A stretch of DNA of 64,000 bases, from assembly GCA_016180085.1 (NCBI GenBank), contig JACPBX010000003.1:2652-66651 (forward strand), written 5' to 3'. Within the stretch, counting starts at the first letter, position 1. Each line of letters opens with the position of its first letter. This DNA comes from Candidatus Woesearchaeota archaeon (GTDB lineage: Archaea > Nanobdellota > Nanobdellia > Woesearchaeales > UBA10216). Positions 45,655 to 56,184 of this stretch are shown here, piece by piece. Made by a program: the position numbers and the translations under genes. Below the pieces are notes generated by a model. It had not been told where the DNA came from. It saw only the letters and a list, made by a program, of their open reading frames with translations, and did no database searches.

Positions 45655-46107
45655 TTACCTGTGCGGCTCAGCCCTTTTCCTGTAATGGTTTCTGGGGGTT
45701 CTCTGGGCAGTCTTTGGCGCTGGCCGGGCGCGTGGAGTAGCGCCTTCTCGCGTTATGCCCCTGTGGAATGGTATCCTCATTTGCGTGGCAACGTAAATCA
45801 TCTGCGGTTTTTGTTTTTGCCCCCATTCTTTGAGCGTTCTTGCTACACTATCTTCGAGCGGCGACGGCTTTCCCCATCCCATTCCCGGTAAATGCCTCAT
45901 TAATGCTGCGTTGTAATAAGCAGCGTAATCACTAAGAGCAACTGCCGCACCCATTGCCGCCTTGTAGGTGCGGCCGCCTGATGGGTTGTAAACCATAAGG
46001 TCTGGGCGACTCGTGCTTAGTTTAAAAGTTTTACTGGAGCTTGGTGTTTTCCTGGCTGTAAAAGGGAAATAGAACTCTTCAGATTCTTGCCCACATAATC
46101 TTTTCAT
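45655..46107 (-). CDS. Hypothetical basic-tailed protein (uncertain)
   Basis: The only support is the open reading frame. There is a 29-nt overlap with the upstream gene, and an alternative start at 45996. Confidence 0.35.
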   Translation of the reverse strand: MKRLCGQESEEFYFPFTARKTPSSSKTFKLSTSRPDLMVYNPSGGRTYKAAMGAAVALSDYAAYYNAALMRHLPGMGWGKPSPLEDSVARTLKEWGQKQKPQMIYVATQMRIPFHRGITREGATPRARPAPKTAQRTPRNHYRKRAEPHR

Positions 46108-47041
46108 AGAACAATTTTCCTTTCTGCGTGGTGATGCTTAAAAAAGTTGGAAAGTACTTTTCACTTTCAGGCAGCAAGGCGAACTTGAACTTTGCAAGCC
46201 TCTGAGGCATGACCGGCTTCAGTCTGTGCATGGCATCCTCCACCTGCTGCTGACCTAAGTCTTTGGTTGTAACTGCGGGAATGCCGTATGAATCGGTTTT
46301 GTATGGAGCTTTGCGTTGGCTGCCAAGCTTGAATACTCCTATTGCGCGTTCTGTTTCTATCTTGAATCCTCCAAAGGCAAACTGCTGGCGTCTTTGCACC
46401 CTTACACAGGTGACTCCACTTCCGCTTTCTCCATTCTTTCCTGCCACATACAGGTCTGCCAGCACAGAGTCAGGAACAAGTAACTGCAAGCCAAGCTCCG
46501 GAAGCAGCCATGCGAAATGCTGCCTTATGTAGCTCGGCGCTATTATAGTTACGTCGAGTCCTTGCTCTTCCACAAGGCGCCCGAACCGCTGTCCGGATTT
46601 TCCTATGAGTTCTGTATCGTTGGTAATGAGGTAGCTTTTCCCAAACCTCTGTGCAACTATTCTTGCCTCCAATGCCAGCCGTTTGTCTGTTGGGCTGAGG
46701 TTAAGGTTGGATACCACTGGCGCATCAGGCTCTGAGAATTGCCTTGTAGGGAATGAGGTGCTGGTTTCCTCGATTATCTGTCCAAGTGACCGGGGAACCC
46801 ACGGCACTTTCTCGCTTTCAGGAATTGTCGGTTCAGCTCGCCAGAAATTCTCGTATTCCGTAATAACAGGGCTTATCATGCGTATTCTTATTCCTTTGAG
46901 GTTAAGCCACCTTGCTGCCAGCATGCCATAAAGCCCCCTGGTCGCGAGCTGCAAGAGGAACCACGTATCGGCTATTGCCAGTGCAGAGGGGTCATCAATC
47001 CTGTCGTAGGCTTCCCTTATTTTGGCCCCAACGTTCACCAT
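46079..47041 (-). CDS. PIN-like N-domain protein, paralog A
   Basis: LAIADTWFLL, VITEYENF and YLITNDTEL resemble the PIN acidic residues. LLPELGLQLLVPDSVLADL and the C-terminal ...WARI are shared with paralog B. TATA lies at about 47066-78. Confidence 0.6.
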   Translation of the reverse strand: MVNVGAKIREAYDRIDDPSALAIADTWFLLQLATRGLYGMLAARWLNLKGIRIRMISPVITEYENFWRAEPTIPESEKVPWVPRSLGQIIEETSTSFPTRQFSEPDAPVVSNLNLSPTDKRLALEARIVAQRFGKSYLITNDTELIGKSGQRFGRLVEEQGLDVTIIAPSYIRQHFAWLLPELGLQLLVPDSVLADLYVAGKNGESGSGVTCVRVQRRQQFAFGGFKIETERAIGVFKLGSQRKAPYKTDSYGIPAVTTKDLGQQQVEDAMHRLKPVMPQRLAKFKFALLPESEKYFPTFLSITTQKGKLFYEKIMWARI

Positions 47042-47105
47042 AATCCTGTGGGACTGTTTGGTACTATTTATATTTAAAGCATATCGTGTGTAGACAGTAT
47101 CTGTT

Positions 47106-48191
47106 TTACCTTATTCTTGCCCATTCGACGAACAGGTAAGCTTTCCTTATTAAATCGCCCATTGTAAAAATAAGCCGTTCCTGTTGATAGGGCTTAGAGA
47201 AGTCAATGCCACTGCCTTTGACCATGCGTGCTAAGGCAGCAGGGTCAGAAGCGGCATCTTTTACTTTCCTCAGTTTTTTCATGTGCTCTCTAGTACCGAT
47301 TGTTATTCTTTCTCTTTGAAGAATCTCAGTAAGCCCCCTGTGCCTGGCAGAGACAACAGCTATTTTTTCAGGGAAGCTGTCTAGCGTTGCAGCAAAGTTT
47401 CCAAATTCCAGGTTTACTGCTTTATAGTCCTGCTCTTTTCCTTCTGCTAAATCAAACAGCGCATTTGCCATTATTATTGGCACGTCATATCGCCTTTCTT
47501 CGCTTCGCATTTTGCCCCATTTGAATCTCAGCTCCATTGCAGTGTCGAACCTGTAATACTTTCCGCCGTAGCTGAACGGTTCTTTTCTGCTAACTGCGAG
47601 GAATGGCATGCCATCCCCTTTTAGCTCTCCTGAGGCAAGCCTGGCAATGTCTGCTAGGACAGGTGCTCTTATGAGTAGCTCAAGGTCAAGCTCAGGCAGA
47701 AGGCCAGCTATGTTTCTTTCAACGCTGTCCGGAGTAATGCAGGTTATGCTATTTGCGAAAGGGCTAGTCCTTAGAACAGGCGGTATGTCATAGTCTGCCG
47801 TGGCAACATAAACTTTTGCTCGTGTTTCTGCTGCTCTTCCTACGGCAGCCTCAGCAACTTTCACATCAGTTCCGCTTAGCTGTTTTGGAGGGTTGCTCAT
47901 AAATGCACGCGCAGCAAACCCGACTTGTGCCTTACCCATAGTTTCAAGGGGCGCTTGTGCTTTCGGGATGCCCTCCCTGTCAGGGCTGCCATATCTGTGA
48001 AGAGTTCTGTATTCCGCTTCAACTTGACTTGTGAAAACCAAACCGAGATTTTTCTTGCTTGCCCACTCTGCCGCCAGCAATGCCCATAGCCGTCTTCCTA
48101 AAAGGTCAACTACGAACGAAGTGTCTACTATGATCCTTTCATTTCCTTCCAGTTTAAGCGCTTCTTTCAGGGCGTGCTCAAGAGTGTTCAT
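47106..48191 (-). CDS. PIN-like N-domain protein, paralog B
   Basis: RIIVDTSFVVDLL, QVEAEY and YVATADYD are PIN-like. It has LLPELDLELLIRAPVLADI and ends ...WARIR. Confidence 0.65.
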   Translation of the reverse strand: MNTLEHALKEALKLEGNERIIVDTSFVVDLLGRRLWALLAAEWASKKNLGLVFTSQVEAEYRTLHRYGSPDREGIPKAQAPLETMGKAQVGFAARAFMSNPPKQLSGTDVKVAEAAVGRAAETRAKVYVATADYDIPPVLRTSPFANSITCITPDSVERNIAGLLPELDLELLIRAPVLADIARLASGELKGDGMPFLAVSRKEPFSYGGKYYRFDTAMELRFKWGKMRSEERRYDVPIIMANALFDLAEGKEQDYKAVNLEFGNFAATLDSFPEKIAVVSARHRGLTEILQRERITIGTREHMKKLRKVKDAASDPAALARMVKGSGIDFSKPYQQERLIFTMGDLIRKAYLFVEWARIR

Positions 48192-48212
48192 GCTTGAAGG
48201 AAAACGGTTTGG

Positions 48213-48222
48213 TTATTTAAAA
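48213..48222 (-). promoter_or_regulatory. TATA box for PIN-like paralog B (leaderless)
   Basis: The minus strand reads ttttaaataa, 22 nt upstream of ATG 48191. Confidence 0.5.
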
Positions 48223-48240
48223 TGTCTCAGAAAAAGAAGT

Positions 48241-48356
48241 GTGAACAGCGATCCTGTTTTCCCGCACGACGTGCAGTACTGGTAGGAACGTGCGCCTGCT
48301 TAACTGTCCGAGTTCGAAATGGGATCGGGTGTACCCAGGCGGCCATGGCCGTTCAC
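48241..48356 (-). rRNA. rrf: 5S ribosomal RNA
   Basis: The reverse complement reads GTGAACGGCCATGGCCGCCTGGGTACACCCGATCCCATTTCGAACTCGGACAGTTAAGCAGGCGCACGTTCCTACCAGTACTGC...GCTGTTCAC. Helix I closes with gtgaacggc/gctgttcac. A T-tract follows. Confidence 0.9.
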
Positions 48357-48378
48357 ATGCCTGAGGATAAGGAGGAGG

Positions 48379-48386
48379 TTTATAAA
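48379..48386 (-). promoter_or_regulatory. TATA box for 5S rRNA
   Basis: tttataaa lies 23 nt upstream of the 5S 5' end. Confidence 0.55.
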
Positions 48387-48397
48387 GTTTGCTGTGA

Positions 48398-48622
48398 CTA
48401 TTTGTAATGCGGCATATTCTTGTTCGGTGCCCCTTGCGCTGGTCGCTCAGCCCGTGTTTGGGGGTAGTAGCCTCTGCCGCTTCTGTATCCGCCAGTCTGT
48501 CCTGTTTGAACTTCTTGAACTGAAGTTATCACCGGAACAATCGGTGCAGGCATAAATCCGCTAGGCACCTGTGCGTCTTTGGTGAGTCTGATAAGAATTC
48601 CAACCAGGTCAGGCATAGGCAT
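48398..48622 (-). CDS. Possible 74-aa protein with RGG/YY-like tail (uncertain)
   Basis: The ATG lies about 20 nt after TATA tttaaata (about 48643-52). No family was recognised. Confidence 0.3.
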   Translation of the reverse strand: MPMPDLVGILIRLTKDAQVPSGFMPAPIVPVITSVQEVQTGQTGGYRSGRGYYPQTRAERPAQGAPNKNMPHYK

Positions 48623-48663
48623 ATGTTGCGGCAACTGCGCATTATTTAAAAATTTTTAGTTCT

Positions 48664-49782
48664 TCACGTTTGCGTTGTTCCGAAGCGCTCGTATGCCTGC
48701 CGTATTACCTGTTGCAGCGCTTGCTCCTGCCCTTCTTTTGTCCTTTGGCTTCTGAACATGCCGATTAAGTTATCCAGCCATAGTATGTCGCTTACTGCTT
48801 TTTCCATCATGTCTAAGCCTTTCCTTTCCAGTTGTCCTGGTTTTGTGAACCTGAATATGCCCAGGCCACCAGGCTGTAACTGGGGATTGACCTCGTATGG
48901 CTGTTCAAACCTCCTCAGGAAAAGGTTTATGTCTTCTGGAGAACTCCTCAATTTCGCAGGTATGCCGTACCAGTCTTGCATGTGGGCAGCCTCTGTGCCG
49001 GCATGTCCGGTGCTGGCCTGCATTTCCGGTTGAGGCTGTTGTGGAGCTGTTGTGATTTGCTGTGCTTCCCGCTGCGCTTCTGTTGGCACGGCTTTCAGCC
49101 TGTCAATCAGCACCCTTACCTCTTCCCTGCTTGCCTTTCCTTCTTTCTGCAGCGAGATTGCGCCATCTATTTGCTGCAGCAGCTTGACAACATTGCGCCT
49201 CGCATTTTCATTTTGGTATAATGAGGCGTTTTTGAACAAAACCGCTGAGACAACCCTTTTCCTTTCTTTCATGTATGTTGGCATGGCTATATCTTTAGTT
49301 GTTAGAGAGTAATCCCGTGTGGCAGCGGCAACCGCTTCTTCAAGGTCAGCAGGATTTCGGGCAGGAGTTGGCAAAAGTTCATACTGCACTATTTTCTTTT
49401 GCCCTATGTGGGCTCCCGTCACTCCTATGCTGAATTCTATAAGATGCTGGAGGCAGGGCTCCAGTGTTTCCCTGAATAGCTGGGCAATGCTTGGCGGAAT
49501 CGCTGCCGGGTTCGGCAGTGTTGCTCCTTTCAGATTTTCTGCTTCCGGGCCATAGTACGTGTGCTGGCTGAAGCTTCCGCTTGAGTGCTCCAAATGGCAG
49601 ACCTGGATTAGCTCTTCAGGCGTTCTTCCCCCAAGCATGGGCTTTAATAGAGCCCGGATTCTCTCTTCCTTGGCTTTGGCATTTTTCTCCCCTCTTGTTT
49701 CTTCCTCTATCTGCCTTATTTTTGCAGCAAGGTCTTCGTTAGGTGAGGGCTGCCTGCTGTTTTGCTCCTGTTGTTGCGCCAT
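48664..49782 (-). CDS. Hypothetical protein (372 aa)
   Basis: Long ORF. TATA atttaaaaa (49805-13) lies 23 nt upstream. No family was recognised. Confidence 0.6.
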   Translation of the reverse strand: MAQQQEQNSRQPSPNEDLAAKIRQIEEETRGEKNAKAKEERIRALLKPMLGGRTPEELIQVCHLEHSSGSFSQHTYYGPEAENLKGATLPNPAAIPPSIAQLFRETLEPCLQHLIEFSIGVTGAHIGQKKIVQYELLPTPARNPADLEEAVAAATRDYSLTTKDIAMPTYMKERKRVVSAVLFKNASLYQNENARRNVVKLLQQIDGAISLQKEGKASREEVRVLIDRLKAVPTEAQREAQQITTAPQQPQPEMQASTGHAGTEAAHMQDWYGIPAKLRSSPEDINLFLRRFEQPYEVNPQLQPGGLGIFRFTKPGQLERKGLDMMEKAVSDILWLDNLIGMFRSQRTKEGQEQALQQVIRQAYERFGTTQT

Positions 49783-49845
49783 CGCTGCCTTTTGGGCTGT
49801 CAGAATTTAAAAACCTTTCTATTTTAATAACTAGAAAGTAGTTAA

Positions 49846-50646
49846 TTATTTGATGGCTTTGGCATCGGCAGCCGTGTGTATGTGCTGCTCCTTCTCAGCA
49901 GAGGTATGGCCGAAGAGAAGCCCCTGCTCTGCCAGCTTCGGGAACACATCATACTCAAGGCTGCTGCCGCTTATGTTGAAAATCTCGGGGGTTGCAATAA
50001 AGATTGGCGAAAAAACAAGGTAAACGTCAGTCTTGCGAGGCTTTTGTATGAACTCAAGTATGCGGTTGCCTTCCACTTTTACTGTTCCTTTCTCGCTCGG
50101 GTTTGGTGCTGTTGTCAGCATCAGCGTTGCGACCGCTGTTCCCTGCCTGAGGTGCTGGTTCCAGAGCTCCTGCACATTTACCCTGTCGAATATCACATGG
50201 CCATAGACAACTAGGAAGTTCGCATTGATCTTCCCCTTCAGCAGCCGCAGGGTGTCTGCGCTTCCGTTGCTTTCTTTTTCTTCTATGTAGCTGACCTTGA
50301 CGTTTTGGCTGCTTCCGTCTTTAAGCACGTCAAAGACCATGGTCAGGACATTGTGCCTTGCTACGATAAATATGTCCCTGAAGCCGTTTTCCCTAAGCTT
50401 TTTTACCGCCTTCTCGATGACGGTTGCGTTTTTAATCCTGGCTGTAATCCTGTATTCTGTGCCGGAAATCTTCAGCCTCTCTTCAGGGCCTCCGGCAAGT
50501 ATTGCCGCCTGCTTGTGTTCCCCCATTGCAGTCTTTGCCAGGAACTCGATTGCCTGCGACCTGTTCCTTATGAATATGTTGTCCACGACCGAGTCTACGC
50601 CTTTGAGGATGCTGTCCTCTATCGTGATGCTTATCTTCCGTTTCAT
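49846..50646 (-). CDS. Ribbon-helix-helix (CopG-like) N-domain fused to a sugar nucleotidyltransferase-like domain
   Basis: The N-terminal KISITIEDSILKGVDSVVDN...RNRSQAIEFL is RHH-like, followed by AAILAGGPEERL, a degenerate GxGTRL nucleotidyltransferase loop. Confidence 0.6.
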   Translation of the reverse strand: MKRKISITIEDSILKGVDSVVDNIFIRNRSQAIEFLAKTAMGEHKQAAILAGGPEERLKISGTEYRITARIKNATVIEKAVKKLRENGFRDIFIVARHNVLTMVFDVLKDGSSQNVKVSYIEEKESNGSADTLRLLKGKINANFLVVYGHVIFDRVNVQELWNQHLRQGTAVATLMLTTAPNPSEKGTVKVEGNRILEFIQKPRKTDVYLVFSPIFIATPEIFNISGSSLEYDVFPKLAEQGLLFGHTSAEKEQHIHTAADAKAIK

Positions 50647-50740
50647 CCCTGGCCGCTTGTGGGACCATAGTATATAAATGTATCGGATAAGGTAGGATAA
50701 TGGTAAGATATTTATATGGCTGGGTTGAATTGGCTTTCTT

Positions 50741-52042
50741 ATGAAAATTGCGGTTGTGGGATGCGGTTACGTCGGTTTAGTTACGGGCGCCTGCCTGGCT
50801 AATCTTGGCAACGACGTCATATGCGTTGACATTAACGATGAGAAGATCTCCAATTTGAGGAAAGGCATTATTCCGTTTTTTGAGCCTGGCATTCGCGACC
50901 TTGTTGAGATGAACCTTGCCCAGAAGAGGCTTATGTTTACTACTGATTCTGAGCTCGCCATAAAGAACTCTGACGTTATCTTCATTGCCGTCGGCACTCC
51001 TTCGGACAAGGACGGCAAGGCTGACCTTTCCGCAGTTTTTGGGGCTGCAGAGCACATTGCGCGCTACATGGACTCGTATAAGGTCGTTATCGTGAAGAGC
51101 ACTGTTCCTGTTGGCACTGGCCATAACCTTAGGGAGTTTATCAGGCAGAAGCAGAAGAAGCCGGTAGAGTTTGATGTTGCGTCCAATCCTGAGTTCCTGA
51201 GAGAGGGTGAGGCTGTCAATGACTTTATGATTCCCGACAGGGTTGTGGTTGGCATTGACAATGGCAAGGCGAAGGAGGTTGTGCTTTCAATCTACAAGCC
51301 GATTGAAAGGACCGGCAAGCCCATACTTGTTACTGACGTGAAGAGCTCTGAGCTCATCAAATACGCCAGCAATGCAATGCTGGCAGCGAGGATTTCTTTC
51401 ATGAACGAGCTCTCGCACCTTTGCGAGGCGGTTGGTGCTGATGTTAAGGTAATAGCAAAGGGCATCGGCCTTGACAGCAGGATTGGCCCAAGGTTTCTGC
51501 AGGCAGGCATCGGTTATGGCGGAAGCTGTTTTCCAAAGGATGTTCGCGCCTTGATTCACATGCTGAAGGAGTCAGGCTGCAGTTCAAGGCTTCTGGAGTC
51601 TGTTGACGCTGTTAATGAAACCCAAAAGCTTTCCATCATTCCGAAAATCAGGAAGCTCGTTCCTGACATGAAAGGCAAGAAAGTGACAGTCTGGGGCCTT
51701 TCGTTCAAGCCCAAGACCGATGACATGAGGGATGCCCCGTCTGTTGTCATAATAAATGAGCTTCAGAAACTTGGAGCTGTTGTCTCGGCCTTTGACCCGG
51801 TTTCCGAGAGGAACGCCAGGTGCATTCTTGGGAATGTGCATTATGCAGACACGCCCTTTGGCGCGCTTGAAGGCTCTCATTGCCTGGTAATAGTCACAGA
51901 GTGGGACCTGTTCAGGGAGCTTGACAAGAACAGGATGAAGCTGCTCATGGCCGAGCCTAACATCGTTGACGGCCGCAACATCTACGAGCCGGGGGAGATG
52001 CTAAGTTTGGGTTTCAACTACGTTGGTGTCGGGAGAGGCTGA
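50741..52042 (+). CDS. ugd: UDP-glucose 6-dehydrogenase
   Basis: KIAVVGCGYVGLV and GYGGSCFPKD. TATA tttatat lies 24 nt upstream. Confidence 0.9.
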   Translation: MKIAVVGCGYVGLVTGACLANLGNDVICVDINDEKISNLRKGIIPFFEPGIRDLVEMNLAQKRLMFTTDSELAIKNSDVIFIAVGTPSDKDGKADLSAVFGAAEHIARYMDSYKVVIVKSTVPVGTGHNLREFIRQKQKKPVEFDVASNPEFLREGEAVNDFMIPDRVVVGIDNGKAKEVVLSIYKPIERTGKPILVTDVKSSELIKYASNAMLAARISFMNELSHLCEAVGADVKVIAKGIGLDSRIGPRFLQAGIGYGGSCFPKDVRALIHMLKESGCSSRLLESVDAVNETQKLSIIPKIRKLVPDMKGKKVTVWGLSFKPKTDDMRDAPSVVIINELQKLGAVVSAFDPVSERNARCILGNVHYADTPFGALEGSHCLVIVTEWDLFRELDKNRMKLLMAEPNIVDGRNIYEPGEMLSLGFNYVGVGRG

Positions 52043-52045
52043 CGC

Positions 52046-52789
52046 ATGAAAGCCATTATCACAGCTGCCGGCTACGCCTCAAGGCTTTGGCCGCTGACCA
52101 AGGATATTCCAAAGCCCCTTATAGAGGTCAAGGGCAAGCCTATAGTTGAGCACATCCTTAACAGGATTTCTGAGATTCCAGATGTCAACGAGGTTTTTAT
52201 TGTCACGAATGCGAAGTTTTACCCGTTGTTTGAGGACTGGCTGCTGGAGGCGAGGGCGGCTGCCGGTGTGCCTGTGAAGCTGGTAAATGACGGCACAACT
52301 TCAAATGACGACCGCCTGGGCCAGGTTGGTGACATTCACCTGGTCATGGAACGTGAAAAAATCACCGATGGCCTTCTTGTTGTTGCCGGTGACAACCTGT
52401 TCAACTTCTCCCTTCTGCCTGCTTACAATGCTTTTTTGCGGCAGCAGGGCATCCTGAATCCGCTGTATGAGTCAAAGTCCTACAGGGCAGCTCGCGAGTC
52501 AGGAAGCGTTGTCATTGATGATGAAACTGGCGAGTTTCTTGAGTTTATGGAGAAGTCTCCAACCCCAAAGTCAACACTGATCTCTTTGGGGATTTATTTT
52601 TTCCCAAAGTCAAAGCTGCAGCTGATAAAAAAATATGTTGAGGAAAAGAACAACCCTGATAAGATGGGCTTTTTCCTCATGTGGCTTATGCAGCATGAGA
52701 AGATCCTTGGACATGTTTACACCGAGAAATGGTTTGACATTGGCTGGATTGAGGCTCTGGAGACTGCCAGAAAGGAATTTGAGCCCTGA
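52046..52789 (+). CDS. Sugar-phosphate nucleotidyltransferase
   Basis: KAIITAAGYASRLWPLTKDIPKPLIEV. Confidence 0.8.
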   Translation: MKAIITAAGYASRLWPLTKDIPKPLIEVKGKPIVEHILNRISEIPDVNEVFIVTNAKFYPLFEDWLLEARAAAGVPVKLVNDGTTSNDDRLGQVGDIHLVMEREKITDGLLVVAGDNLFNFSLLPAYNAFLRQQGILNPLYESKSYRAARESGSVVIDDETGEFLEFMEKSPTPKSTLISLGIYFFPKSKLQLIKKYVEEKNNPDKMGFFLMWLMQHEKILGHVYTEKWFDIGWIEALETARKEFEP

Positions 52790-52812
52790 TTTAAAATAGC
52801 AAATAAACTAAA

Positions 52813-53745
52813 ATGAAAAAAACAGTTGTTGTTACCGGGGGAGCTGGCTTTATAGGCAGCCATTTGTGCAGGTTCCTTCTAAGCAAGGGCTTCAGGGTTG
52901 TCTGCGTTGACAATTTTCTCACAGGCAGCAGCGTCAACATAAGGGATTTGATGGGCAACAGCGATTTTGTTTTTATGAATCATGACGTGACAAAGCCGCT
53001 TGAAATCCCGGGGCATGTTCATTTTGTCCTTCATTTTGCAAGCGCAGCCTCTCCTGTTGATTACATGCGCTTTCCGATTCAGACGCTCAAGGTAGGGAGC
53101 CTTGGAACACATAACCTGCTTGGGCTTGCCAAGGCAAAAAAGGCTGTTTTTATGCTGGCTTCCACTTCAGAGGTTTACGGCGACCCCCTGGTTCATCCGC
53201 AGCCTGAAACTTATTGGGGCAATGTCAACCCTATTGGGCCTCGTGGCGTGTATGATGAGGCAAAGAGGTTTTCCGAGGCGTTGACAATGGCTTACCACCG
53301 CTTTCACAGGATGGACACGAAAATAGCCAGGATTTTCAACACTTACGGCCCTTGCATGAGAAAGGATGATGGCCGGGTTGTGCCAAACTTTGTCACGCAA
53401 GCGCTTTCTGGCAAGCCTCTTACTGTTCACGGCGATGGCTCCCAAACCCGCAGTTTTTGTTACATAACAGATATGGTTGAAGGAATTTACAGGCTGATGC
53501 TGTCAGGTGTTAATGACCCTGTCAACCTTGGGAACCCTGAGGAGTTCACTGTTATGGATTTTGCAAAGAAAATACTGGAGCTTACAGGCAGCCGCGGCAA
53601 AATTGCATTCAAGCCTCTGCCGGTTGACGACCCCAAAACGAGGTGCCCTGGCATTTCAAAGGCAAGGAAGCTTCTTAAGTGGGAGCCAAAAGTAAGTGTT
53701 GGCGAAGGCCTGAAAAAGACGATTGAGTGGTTTAGGAAGAACTAA
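52813..53745 (+). CDS. UDP-glucuronate decarboxylase (UDP-xylose synthase)-like SDR
   Basis: [25 protein letters not shown], and a length and C-terminus typical of UXS. Confidence 0.8.
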   Translation: MKKTVVVTGGAGFIGSHLCRFLLSKGFRVVCVDNFLTGSSVNIRDLMGNSDFVFMNHDVTKPLEIPGHVHFVLHFASAASPVDYMRFPIQTLKVGSLGTHNLLGLAKAKKAVFMLASTSEVYGDPLVHPQPETYWGNVNPIGPRGVYDEAKRFSEALTMAYHRFHRMDTKIARIFNTYGPCMRKDDGRVVPNFVTQALSGKPLTVHGDGSQTRSFCYITDMVEGIYRLMLSGVNDPVNLGNPEEFTVMDFAKKILELTGSRGKIAFKPLPVDDPKTRCPGISKARKLLKWEPKVSVGEGLKKTIEWFRKN

Positions 53746-54016
53746 TGGAAAAAGAAGAATGCGGGTTCACAGAACCCGGTTAACTCAGCTCCACTCTCAC
53801 TATGTGATGCAATAAGCTAACTTCTATTTAATCCTTTCGGTATGTTCTGCTTCACTGCGAATATTTCTTTCGGCAAAACCGAAAAACTTGCAAAATTTAC
53901 CTAAATTTTTGAAAGACTTCCGAGAATTTTGAAAACAATTCGTAATAGTCCAGAAATTTTATGGAATTTAAGGGAATAAGCTTATGAATTTCTTAATCCT
54001 AGTCTGTTGCGGGACT

Positions 54017-56158
<2,142 letters not shown>

Positions 56159-56184
56159 ATAGCCCTTCTTTCTTTTCGCTGCTG

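Noticed and set aside
48222-48555. Track ORFs 48222-48407 and 48319-48555 (+)
   Set aside because: They overlap the 5S rRNA gene and its promoter on the opposite strand and have no coding signal.
53745-53783. 12-aa [15 protein letters not shown] overlapping the UXS stop (TAATG)
   Set aside because: It has a single Cys, no second copy and no SD, and it coincides with a terminator-like hairpin. It is most likely fortuitous, unlike the duplicated micro-ORFs of the redox island.
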